From a virus: a stretch of 44,476 nt of DNA. The stretch is from the IMG/VR virus record IMGVR_UViG_3300025876_000039. One strand, given 5' to 3'. This document shows positions 6,493-15,114 of the stretch, piece by piece. The notes under the pieces were generated by a model. The model did no database searches. It was not told where the DNA came from and worked only from the letters and a program-made list of their open reading frames with translations. How positions within the stretch are numbered: the first letter of the stretch is position 1; the number at the start of each line of letters is the position of its first letter. A program made the translations under genes and the position numbers.

Positions 6493-7265
6493 GAGTCTAA
6501 TGTGTATTTATTGTTTAAGTAATTATATAACTGGTTTCTTTCAGTTGTATTAACATTTTTTGTATAAAAAATTAATTCTTGCATTTCACCTTCAAAATAA
6601 TTATTGAAGGAAACCGCTATTGAAGGCGTAGCTATTGTACTAAAAGTATTAAATGTTGTTGCAAAAGTTAAGCTATTATTTAAATAAACATTCATTGATG
6701 AGTTGTTCACCACTACATTATAAACTTTATTTTTATTAAGAGTGACGCTAGTCTCTGAAAAAGCAACTTGTTTACGGTCGTTAGATCCAAAGTCATCATA
6801 AATATCACCATTTGTTCCTGCTTCAATCCCCCCATAATGATTAGATAATTTAGAAGGTGATCCAAATTTCCAATGCGATCCATTACGAGCGGCGACTGCA
6901 CCAGATGAAGTATCTTTAATAACAACAAATCCACTAATAGTATTTACTCCATTAAATATATCAGGGCAGCTCAAAAAATCATTAACACCATCAAATATAA
7001 CTTTTTTATTTATTGAATCGTAAGTAGGTTGATTTGTAGATGTAACTTGTGTTAGATGGTTGTCGTTACCCGAAGCATCATTCCACTGACTAATCTTAGA
7101 TGCGCCATTAAAAACAAATTGACTAGAATCGTTACATTTAAACCAAGCTATTAAATTAGATATAGTTTCTGGCTCTTCTGGTGGCGGTGGCGTGCCTACA
7201 CCTCCTAATAAGTTCTTTGTCAAATCACTTACTAGATTATTTGTTAAATTTACAGTCAATGTCAT
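6489..7265 (-). CDS. LamG / concanavalin-A-like lectin domain protein
   Basis: LIAWFKCNDSS...ISQWNDASGNDNHLTQ...NQPTY...VIFDGVNDFLSC is the typical Laminin_G_3 N-terminal pattern. A proline-rich linker PPPPEEPE precedes it. Confidence 0.65.
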   Translation of the reverse strand: MTLTVNLTNNLVSDLTKNLLGGVGTPPPPEEPETISNLIAWFKCNDSSQFVFNGASKISQWNDASGNDNHLTQVTSTNQPTYDSINKKVIFDGVNDFLSCPDIFNGVNTISGFVVIKDTSSGAVAARNGSHWKFGSPSKLSNHYGGIEAGTNGDIYDDFGSNDRKQVAFSETSVTLNKNKVYNVVVNNSSMNVYLNNSLTFATTFNTFSTIATPSIAVSFNNYFEGEMQELIFYTKNVNTTERNQLYNYLNNKYTLDS

Positions 7266-7618
7266 TTTTCAATCCAATTAATTTTTAAAGGCAAATTGTA
7301 ATATTTAACAACATATTCAATCCTTTTAGAATATTTGTCATAATCTTCTTTGCTGCCAATAAGTAGGCAATGCGGCTCTTTATTTTGTTTTGCTCCATAA
7401 TATAGAGCTTGCCCTAAACATTCAGCCCATTTCTTTGCGTGGTCATACTCAATGGCTTCTGCCTTAGTTAAGCAATCAACTCTTGTACTATCATCATTTC
7501 TAACCTCTGTAGCGCCATTTACGAGATCGCAATGTATATCTTGATAATACCTTTCTGTCTTTGCTTGCGCGTCCTTAAAAAAGAAAAAGCTAATAAGTAT
7601 TATTAATGATTTTTTCAT
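7262..7618 (-). CDS. Secreted protein with cleavable signal peptide, function unknown
   Basis: MKKSLIILISFFFFKDAQA is followed by a Cys-containing 100-aa domain. Confidence 0.65.
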   Translation of the reverse strand: MKKSLIILISFFFFKDAQAKTERYYQDIHCDLVNGATEVRNDDSTRVDCLTKAEAIEYDHAKKWAECLGQALYYGAKQNKEPHCLLIGSKEDYDKYSKRIEYVVKYYNLPLKINWIEK

Positions 7619-7754
7619 ATAATCCTTTTTGTAAATATCTTTCTTATTTTCTTTGGCAAAGACTTAATAAATCTTTTTAATCTTGTAAACATAATTTGTC
7701 ATTTATTTTATAAAAATAACACTAAATCACTACTTTAGTTAAAGTATACTTGTA

Positions 7755-8354
7755 TTAAATACTTATTTTTCTAGTTACCCAGTTGCCTTTTATTTTTTCA
7801 GCAAATTTAACCTCATTTCTATTATCGGCTTCATGTTCGCTAAAGCCTAGATGCAATATATTATTTTCAATTAATAATTGGTCAAATTGAATTCTAGATT
7901 GAATAACTAACCTTGCTAGTTTATCAGGGGCTAATTCCATACCCAATATTGTAGCTTTAATATCAGCGGCTAAACCTGCCATGTGGCGGCTAGTAGGAGA
8001 GCCACCGACTAATAGATTAACCTGCCAATTTCTGTAGCCACTTGTTATTGTAATTACAACATTACTAGTATTAAATTTTTCTTGTAGAAATAGATGCAGG
8101 TGCTGCAATTTATCGGAGGTTTTAAGCAAATTTTCTAATATTCTTTGCTCGGTCGGTCTATTATTTATACCTTGTTCTCTAGCTGTTCTTGAAGCGTAAA
8201 ACTCGGTATAGTGAAAATTAGCATTTCCAAGTTCTTCAATTTCAATGAGGCTGGCACTATTTTGCTGATACCTTTCATTATTGCCATATATGTTCTTGCT
8301 TGGCTTTTTCTTTTTGCAAAAAATAGATAGTAGGTTTTTAATAAATTTCATCAT
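7755..8354 (-). CDS. Endolysin, peptidase M15-type (D-Ala-D-Ala carboxypeptidase-like zinc peptidase)
   Basis: ITSGYRNWQVNLLVGGSPTSRHMAGLAADI plus a downstream His (ILHLGF) matches the SxHxxGxAxD zinc-binding layout. Sits in a lysis-cassette context. Confidence 0.75.
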   Translation of the reverse strand: MMKFIKNLLSIFCKKKKPSKNIYGNNERYQQNSASLIEIEELGNANFHYTEFYASRTAREQGINNRPTEQRILENLLKTSDKLQHLHLFLQEKFNTSNVVITITSGYRNWQVNLLVGGSPTSRHMAGLAADIKATILGMELAPDKLARLVIQSRIQFDQLLIENNILHLGFSEHEADNRNEVKFAEKIKGNWVTRKISI

Positions 8355-8415
8355 AAATATTTTTTAAGGCGCTTTAAACCCAAGTAAATCAAGGGTTTTT
8401 GCTTTGGTAGCGACA

Positions 8416-8730
8416 TCAATGTCGTCGACTTAATTTATCACATTTTTCAATATATCGCTGCTTGTTTCGATCAATTAATTTGCTAAAATATAAAATTAAT
8501 TTTTCTTCATTTGTAAATTCTTGATTATTTTTTTCTTTTCTTAAAATTTCTTCTTCAAGAATAAAGGCATATTCTTCTAAAGATTTATCCATATAATCTT
8601 GCGGGTAAATATAAGTGCTGCAAAAATCACTTTCTATCTTTATTAGTTTTTTGCTCTCGCAAGATGATGCTAAACATAGAACTAGACTTAGTATTGCTAT
8701 GCTTTTTATCAGCTTTATTAATGCTTTCAT
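8416..8730 (-). CDS. o-spanin-like lipoprotein
   Basis: Signal peptide with a lipobox: LVLCLASSC. The 5' 104 nt overlap the preceding TM-protein gene in another frame, the Rz/Rz1 type arrangement. Confidence 0.6.
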   Translation of the reverse strand: MKALIKLIKSIAILSLVLCLASSCESKKLIKIESDFCSTYIYPQDYMDKSLEEYAFILEEEILRKEKNNQEFTNEEKLILYFSKLIDRNKQRYIEKCDKLSRRH

Positions 8731-8866
8731 TATGCTTAATTTTAAATTCTTTAGTTTCTTTTTTTAGATTATCAATAACCTTTCTTTTGCCTTTGCTTTC
8801 GCCACTTTTAAAAATAACTAGAAAGGATAAAAGTATTGATCCAGCAACTGCAAATATTTCAAACAT
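8627..8866 (-). CDS. i-spanin-like protein (N-terminal TM anchor, charged periplasmic part)
   Basis: MFEIFAVAGSILLSFLVIF is followed by a K/E-rich sequence. Overlaps the lipoprotein gene. Confidence 0.55.
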   Translation of the reverse strand: MFEIFAVAGSILLSFLVIFKSGESKGKRKVIDNLKKETKEFKIKHNESINKADKKHSNTKSSSMFSIILREQKTNKDRK

Positions 8867-9044
8867 TGTTTTTTAATTCGATTAATTGCTGCAAATTTGT
8901 ATTACTAGCAACAAGTATTAAAGCATATCCAATACAACAACCTAAAATAAATATTGTCAAAAAAAATATCCTTGATTGCCATTTTCCCATACCCATACTT
9001 CTTAGATATTTAAAATAGTCTAATATATCTTTGATAGCTTTCAT
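8859..9044 (-). CDS. Holin candidate (61-aa membrane protein)
   Basis: Hydrophobic span IFFLTIFILGCCIGYALILVA. Lies immediately upstream of the spanin pair. Confidence 0.5.
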   Translation of the reverse strand: MKAIKDILDYFKYLRSMGMGKWQSRIFFLTIFILGCCIGYALILVASNTNLQQLIELKNNV

Positions 9045-9728
9045 TTATTTTTTGCAAAAAAGTTTAATACTGCTTGCATAATGCAAAGCGAGTTGAAATA
9101 CATTATATGGTGTCATTTCTTTAGCTACTCCATTTTCAATAATAGAAGTATCATGACCAAGTTTTTCTAAAAGTAGTGCAGTTTTAAAACTACAAAATAT
9201 CTTTTCTAAACTAATATCAAGTATTTCTTCATTATCTTTGCTATCTACTTTGAAGTTTAGTTTTTTAGTTATATCGTTAATAGTGTCGCTATCTAGTGCT
9301 GACATTGCTGCTGACATCTCACCATAAGGCAAGCCGTGTATTTTTTTTGTAAAATCTTTAATAATTTTTTTATCAAATTTATCAAAAGTGGCTATAATAA
9401 CTCTGCCATCATAGTGCTTGACAAAATCCAATAAATCATTAATCTCAACACCACTAAGCATAGCGTCTACTGTTTCAGCTTTATAAATACTTGTTGAGTC
9501 TATTTCATCAAAGCCTTTAATATAACCAACATGATCTATTGCTAAATCGCCGTTGATCTTATGGACTAATCTTGTGAGCGAAAATAACGGATTAAGTAGG
9601 TTTTTAAAATTGAGGTTTTTAATATAAAACAAAGCGTGAAATTTATCATGCTCTAGCTTGTTTATTTCTTCCTGGATATTCTCTAGCCTGTGTATACGCT
9701 CTAACTGTTTAATATTTATTTTTTTCAT
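9045..9728 (-). CDS. Possible permuted papain-fold (NlpC/P60-like, YiiX/C92-type) peptidase; tentative
   Basis: The His block AIDHVGYIKGF comes before the Cys block EKIFCSFKTALLLEKLG, the order seen in permuted NlpC/P60 amidases. Lies within the lysis region. Confidence 0.35.
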   Translation of the reverse strand: MKKINIKQLERIHRLENIQEEINKLEHDKFHALFYIKNLNFKNLLNPLFSLTRLVHKINGDLAIDHVGYIKGFDEIDSTSIYKAETVDAMLSGVEINDLLDFVKHYDGRVIIATFDKFDKKIIKDFTKKIHGLPYGEMSAAMSALDSDTINDITKKLNFKVDSKDNEEILDISLEKIFCSFKTALLLEKLGHDTSIIENGVAKEMTPYNVFQLALHYASSIKLFCKK

Positions 9729-10071
9729 TTTTATCTTTTTCTAGTAATTTAAATAATCTATCTAAAGGCTCTTGCATATTTCTACTGGCGTGCCTAGCAA
9801 CACTTAGCTTCAAATCATCTTCCATCTGATCTAATCTAGTATTAAAATAATCTTTTAATTCCTCTTTGATAGCTTGCCGCTGTTTAGTCTCTTTACAATC
9901 TATTTTGGTAATTCTTTTTTCTAAATCGTCAAATCTTTCTCCAATTCTTGACTTATAAACAGTAACACCCAATTTTGAAATAAGTGTAACCATGCCTAAA
10001 AATAAGAAAGCAACAAAACCATAGATAATTGAAGAGATATAATCTAACATTAGTTTAAAAGGTATTTGCAT
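9709..10071 (-). CDS. Membrane-anchored coiled-coil protein (holin/antiholin or lysis regulator candidate)
   Basis: N-terminal TM segment IIYGFVAFLFLGMVTLI followed by a charged helical region. Overlaps the next gene. Confidence 0.55.
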   Translation of the reverse strand: MQIPFKLMLDYISSIIYGFVAFLFLGMVTLISKLGVTVYKSRIGERFDDLEKRITKIDCKETKQRQAIKEELKDYFNTRLDQMEDDLKLSVARHASRNMQEPLDRLFKLLEKDKNEKNKY

Positions 10072-10104
10072 AAAATTATGTTTGTTTTGTGGGAGTGTTT
10101 CATT

Positions 10105-10773
10105 TCAAGATAAATCAAGCCTTGTGCCATTTTCATTTTTAGGAATTTCGATTGATTCAATTTCTGCAACTGTTGTTGAGTTATTAATAGATTCTTTAAT
10201 GCTTCTAAAATAAGTGCTATTGATAGCTAATCTATACAACACATGACCCTCTAAAGCCCTTGCTAATTTAATATCAAGCCTAACTTGTCCTTTGCGTAAA
10301 AAATTACCAGCACTATCTATAATATCACAAAAATAGTCTATAAACTCTTGCAACTTATCTGTATTACTCTCAAGAGTTCTTACTCTATTCTCAAAATTAG
10401 CATTTTTAATATAGTTAATAATATCAACAATATTTCTGCCATTAACTTGCCTAAATTGTAAATCTACTTGAAAGCTTACACCGCCTGCCTCTGTTTGCAA
10501 AACACCATCAATTACTTCATAAGCTGGAAATAAATCATCGTGATAATGATTATAATTACTTGAATCTAAATCATCTTTTATACCCTCAAGCTCTTTTAGC
10601 TTTTTTTCTTTAGCTTGCGTTAGCTCCCAAGTGTCAATTAAAGGCTTCTCATCAGCTTTTATATTCCCAGTTGTGCGGTCAATGCAATCTACCCAATCAT
10701 TTATTCTAAAAGTGCCGCTTAGGTTAGTTTCTTTTTTAATTTCGCCTGTTACTGTATTTCTTGAAATATCCAT
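10105..10773 (-). CDS. Hypothetical protein downstream of the tail fibres (possible fibre accessory/assembly protein)
   Basis: 222-aa ORF. Assigned by position only, plus the segment LTQAKEKKLKELEGIKDDL, which resembles tail-fibre-associated DUF4376-type proteins. Confidence 0.45.
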   Translation of the reverse strand: MDISRNTVTGEIKKETNLSGTFRINDWVDCIDRTTGNIKADEKPLIDTWELTQAKEKKLKELEGIKDDLDSSNYNHYHDDLFPAYEVIDGVLQTEAGGVSFQVDLQFRQVNGRNIVDIINYIKNANFENRVRTLESNTDKLQEFIDYFCDIIDSAGNFLRKGQVRLDIKLARALEGHVLYRLAINSTYFRSIKESINNSTTVAEIESIEIPKNENGTRLDLS

Positions 10774-10785
10774 AGTTTTATTAAT

Positions 10786-11973
10786 TTAATATTTTTCTTC
10801 CCAGCCTTTAGTTCGTGTAGAATTAAAGCTTGTTAATAAATTATTACTCCTTTTGCCGATTTCACCGTTCTCATTTGCTGTTTCTGAAAGTTGAGAGTAT
10901 CCTCCAAAATTAATATTTGTTCCTTGACTGCAATAATTGTTCTGAGGATTAATATTAAAGTCATTTAAATTTGTGTACAATGTAAAACAAATTGTTGAAC
11001 TATTGCCCCCTGATTGAGCTAAAAAATCTACCTTTGCATTGGGTGGTACTCTCATGTTAATAGCTTTTCTTGAAATAGAACTTGAGTTATCAACAAAAAT
11101 ATAACCTTTATATTGGAATCTATACCCGCTTTTATTTACAAAATATTGACCAGCCAATATATTATTACTAGCATCGGTATAAAAAGCACCGATATATTGC
11201 TTTTTGGTTAAGCTATTAGTGCTAACAACACTATCGCCACTAATTGTTGAGCCATCTCTTGTTGTAGTGCCTATAATGTCAGTTAGCGTTCCATCTGCTG
11301 TTGATATAACAAACATATAAACTAAGCCATCAGTTGGTAAAGACTCGCCGCTTACCATACCACCTGCATCATCGCCAAGAGCAAAGGTTGCATCAAATTG
11401 TTTAGTCAATGCACTAGTTGCCGCCTGTCCGCTGCCATCATCAAAATTCATAACACCAGCTCCAAAATCTATATCGTGGTCAGAGTCGGTTGAGTTGTTG
11501 GCTATTGTTATTGGTTTAGGGAGTAGGGTTGTTCCTAGTGCTGTTGTGGTGGCTTGTTGCGTATTAATTAAATTAGCTAAATCACCTAATAATTGCCAAT
11601 TAGCAACATCAGTTAAGGCGTTACCTTCATTGTTATTTGTGATTGATTCATAAACCTTTGAGCCACCTATTTCTCTTGTTATGTCTCCTATATGATAGTC
11701 AAGTGATGCGTTATATTCGGGAATACCTTTTTGTGTTAAATAATAAATTTGGCGGCTATTGTTATATTGCAAGCCTTGCATTTCTTCAAGTGGTGGTAGC
11801 TTAGTAGCTCCGCTTGTAGCATCTAACCAGCCGTTATCATAAGCAGCTAGGGCTTGGATAATGTCGGGGTCATTGCTTTCTATTTTAGTTCCTGCTTGTG
11901 ATGATCCAAATTGACCATTGTTAGTAGCAGCGTTTGCAAATAATTTGTAATGCTTTCTTGTAATATTAGCCAT
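10786..11973 (-). CDS. Tail fibre protein 2 (shares its N-terminal anchor with fibre 1)
   Basis: The N-terminal ~130 aa are paralogous to 12283..14367 (MA..TRK..KLFA, FGS, D.IQ, NGW, YL.Q.GI.EY.A...YHI, W..LG). The C-terminus is divergent and rich in G/S/T/N. Confidence 0.7.
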   Translation of the reverse strand: MANITRKHYKLFANAATNNGQFGSSQAGTKIESNDPDIIQALAAYDNGWLDATSGATKLPPLEEMQGLQYNNSRQIYYLTQKGIPEYNASLDYHIGDITREIGGSKVYESITNNNEGNALTDVANWQLLGDLANLINTQQATTTALGTTLLPKPITIANNSTDSDHDIDFGAGVMNFDDGSGQAATSALTKQFDATFALGDDAGGMVSGESLPTDGLVYMFVISTADGTLTDIIGTTTRDGSTISGDSVVSTNSLTKKQYIGAFYTDASNNILAGQYFVNKSGYRFQYKGYIFVDNSSSISRKAINMRVPPNAKVDFLAQSGGNSSTICFTLYTNLNDFNINPQNNYCSQGTNINFGGYSQLSETANENGEIGKRSNNLLTSFNSTRTKGWEEKY

Positions 11974-12283
11974 AATTTCTTAAATCTTCTTCAGTTGATA
12001 AGTTATTTATTTCAGAAATTTTTAAATCTATTGTTGATTGATCTCCTGCATATTTACTATTGACATAATCTATCTTGGCATCTTTTAAATCATTTAATAA
12101 AGCTTCTTTAATTTCATTGTGGGAAAAAGAAGGCTTAGGGCAGTTAAACCGCCACAGAGGAAACTCTATTTTATAAAAGCCATTATCTGCTTTATAAATT
12201 CTAGTAGTGTATCGCAAGAATAAGATTTTAAAGTCTTCATTGATACCTTGCGATTCTAAATAAGGTTTTATTAATGCTTTCAT
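11966..12283 (-). CDS. Small protein between the two fibre genes (possible fibre chaperone)
   Basis: 105-aa ORF with overlapping junctions on both sides. Assigned by position only. Confidence 0.45.
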   Translation of the reverse strand: MKALIKPYLESQGINEDFKILFLRYTTRIYKADNGFYKIEFPLWRFNCPKPSFSHNEIKEALLNDLKDAKIDYVNSKYAGDQSTIDLKISEINNLSTEEDLRNYG

Positions 12284-14367
12284 TATTTTTTAATATTCAT
12301 ATCGATTGAAAAAATATCTACAGTAAAAGAGGAATCGCCAGCAATACCAATTGCTATTTCATCGCCTGTGCTTATGCTATCAATAATTGTTGTTATTGGA
12401 TAAGTGTTAGCTCTTGATGATAGTAGTTCTCCTCTAGTTGATGGATGATTGCTTATTTCTACAAAAGAAGGTTGACCAGCATCTTTACGCATTACATTAA
12501 CAAATAATTCAGCAGTTGTGCCTGATGTTTTTTGAGCTATTACTTTCGCAGATATTGAGACTGTAGCAGTTGTTTTGCCTGTATAAATCAAGCTGCCAGT
12601 CGATGTCGCTTTAAATCTTTCCGTTTCATCACTTAACCAAGTACCAGTTACTACCTCTATTAGTGTTGTAGTCGCAGGAAAGGCAATTGTTGAAGTCAAT
12701 ATGTTGTTACCTAGCGTTTGAGAGTCGGGAATAATGCCGCCAGTATTATTCGTAGTTACAACATTATTTGTTTGATCTAAGCTACCTGTATTAAATATTG
12801 CATTTGCTGGAGTCTCAGCAGAGGTGAATGGAACGGCTACACCAAAGCTATCAAGTAAAGTAAATGTTGTTCCAGTTACATTAACTGCATAACCCCCTTG
12901 ATCGTAATTATTAGTGCCTTTGATAAATAATGATTGCCCAGTTGTTGGAGCTGTGCCAGTTGTAGTAAATAAAGCTAGACCTCCGCTATCTGTTACAGAT
13001 GTTATATCGTCGATTACTCCCTGTTTAAAAAAGTTATCTATATAGATATTACTGCCATCAAGTAGCGTTGCTACACCTTGAGCATCATCAGCTACAAAAG
13101 TAGCGGTTATATCAAAAGTTCCAAATTGGAAAGTCGGATCTATATTAATGACATTAGATACAGTATAGCTACCATTATAATTAGCAGTAAAAGCAATATT
13201 AACTACATCGCTATTTTCAAAGGAATGTCCACCAGCTACAATAACCCTAGTTTGACCACCTCCTAAATCTGCAAATTGGATTATACCACCAAATACATCT
13301 CCTTGATAAGGGACGGCAGCCCCTACAGACAGTCCAGAAGTAGGTAAAATTGCAGGATCAACATTTAAAATAGATTCTCCTTTTGCTTGAAAAAAAGCAG
13401 ATGATGAAATATTGGCTTGCCTTAAATTTGTTTTAAAAGTATAAAAAGGATTTCCAGTTGATACAAAATGGCGACCAACAAAATTAATATGATTAACAAC
13501 CGAAACATTATCATAAATTAATTCTCCAACTTGAAATTGCTTAACTCCAAGCCAAAAAACACCAGTCATATTGATAAAAGTTGCACCTGAGAAATTTTCA
13601 AACTGACATAGTGAACATACTACCTCACTTTCTAAAGAGTTTGTGGGGTGACCTGTCAATGTTGCAAGTGGAGTAGTACCTGTTGCACCTGAAAATCTTA
13701 AATTCTTCCAATATAGATATTTAACTCTTTTTCCAGAAGTATTACTAAATCCGTTAGAAGTAGCAGCAAAAATAATTTGAGTATTGGGTAAACCCGAGCC
13801 AACAAAAGCAACAGATAAATCATCTAAATCACAGACTATATTCTTTGTAATAATTAATTGACTAACTGATATATAATACATCGTGTTAGTATCTCTTAAA
13901 TAGATATTAGATGCGTCTTGATTTTTGAAATCACTTTCTTGCTTAACAATTACAACATTGTTAGCTTGATCTAAATTACCAAGTTTACGCCATTTTGAAG
14001 CATTGCTTAGAGCTTGCCCAATATTGGTATTGATTAAAGATTTATAAATTAAACCTGTGCCATTCTCTTTAACCATTGAATCAATATGGTATTCTGTGCC
14101 TGCATCATATTCCGCTATACCCTCTTGCAACAAATAAGCATTTTGATAATCATTGACATATTTTAAAGCATTTTGCTCTTCAATAGCAGCTTGCTTATCC
14201 CCGTTATTATCTTTATAGCCTTCAATCCAGCCGTTCAAATAATCGCTTGATTGTATTAAATCTAAATCGGTTGTTGTGGTTGGCGTGCCATCTTTGAAGC
14301 TACCAAATACTCCTTTATCAACATTTTTTGCAAATAGTTTTTGCGTTTTTCTTGTGAGTTTAGCCAT
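12283..14367 (-). CDS. Tail fibre protein 1 (long)
   Basis: 694 aa. Its N-terminal anchor is homologous to fibre 2. The distal part is long and T/S/G/N-rich. Follows the baseplate genes. Confidence 0.7.
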   Translation of the reverse strand: MAKLTRKTQKLFAKNVDKGVFGSFKDGTPTTTTDLDLIQSSDYLNGWIEGYKDNNGDKQAAIEEQNALKYVNDYQNAYLLQEGIAEYDAGTEYHIDSMVKENGTGLIYKSLINTNIGQALSNASKWRKLGNLDQANNVVIVKQESDFKNQDASNIYLRDTNTMYYISVSQLIITKNIVCDLDDLSVAFVGSGLPNTQIIFAATSNGFSNTSGKRVKYLYWKNLRFSGATGTTPLATLTGHPTNSLESEVVCSLCQFENFSGATFINMTGVFWLGVKQFQVGELIYDNVSVVNHINFVGRHFVSTGNPFYTFKTNLRQANISSSAFFQAKGESILNVDPAILPTSGLSVGAAVPYQGDVFGGIIQFADLGGGQTRVIVAGGHSFENSDVVNIAFTANYNGSYTVSNVINIDPTFQFGTFDITATFVADDAQGVATLLDGSNIYIDNFFKQGVIDDITSVTDSGGLALFTTTGTAPTTGQSLFIKGTNNYDQGGYAVNVTGTTFTLLDSFGVAVPFTSAETPANAIFNTGSLDQTNNVVTTNNTGGIIPDSQTLGNNILTSTIAFPATTTLIEVVTGTWLSDETERFKATSTGSLIYTGKTTATVSISAKVIAQKTSGTTAELFVNVMRKDAGQPSFVEISNHPSTRGELLSSRANTYPITTIIDSISTGDEIAIGIAGDSSFTVDIFSIDMNIKK

Positions 14368-15113
14368 TATAATTGAATTATTTTATCATAAGTTAATATT
14401 TCGCCAGCAGCATCAGTATCATAAGTCGTAAAGCCTGCAACATTGCTACTATCTATTTGTGTATCATAAGTCGTAAAGCCAAAGAAAGGCTGATCTCTTA
14501 CAATTAATCCATTTAGATTTACACCCATCGGCCTTGGCAATACACCTTTGCTAAATGCAATTAAAGCTACTCGGCTTTCATTACTTTTTACAAAATAAAC
14601 CATAGTCATATTATCACTTGCTGATTGCACTATCCTATCTTCAAAAAATAGAAATAATCCGTCATCGATAGATTTTTCGCTATGATCTGAATTATTTTGA
14701 ACAATCCTAAGTTTTAAAATTAAGCGATAATCATTATCATTTAATTTATTACCGATTTGCAAGCTTGCATATTCTGAAACTTCCAAGCCATAAGTATTAC
14801 TGTTATAATCAGCTATTTCTACATTATAAAGCGTGTTTACATCGATATATTCTACAACCTGACCATTATCACCTATAGCCTCGCCTGTAGCTTGATAAAA
14901 TCTATTTACACCGACTAGCTTACCTATAACATCTAACTGCTTACCAACCGCAGTTTCAAGATTAAAAGCATTTTCGACTTGCGAATAAATATCATTATTG
15001 AGTAAGTTTTTTACAAATAAATCAATCTCAGCCTTAGCTTTTTCTTTTTGATTATATTGTATAATCAATAAGTTTTGATAATATTTCGAAACTTCTTTAA
15101 TATCTATTGCCAT
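14367..15113 (-). CDS. Baseplate wedge / fibre-attachment protein (DUF2612-like, P2 gpI position)
   Basis: Directly downstream of the baseplate-J gene. The N-terminus ...YYQNLLIIQYNQKEKA resembles DUF2612 starts. Confidence 0.5.
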   Translation of the reverse strand: MAIDIKEVSKYYQNLLIIQYNQKEKAKAEIDLFVKNLLNNDIYSQVENAFNLETAVGKQLDVIGKLVGVNRFYQATGEAIGDNGQVVEYIDVNTLYNVEIADYNSNTYGLEVSEYASLQIGNKLNDNDYRLILKLRIVQNNSDHSEKSIDDGLFLFFEDRIVQSASDNMTMVYFVKSNESRVALIAFSKGVLPRPMGVNLNGLIVRDQPFFGFTTYDTQIDSSNVAGFTTYDTDAAGEILTYDKIIQL

Positions 15114-15114
15114 T

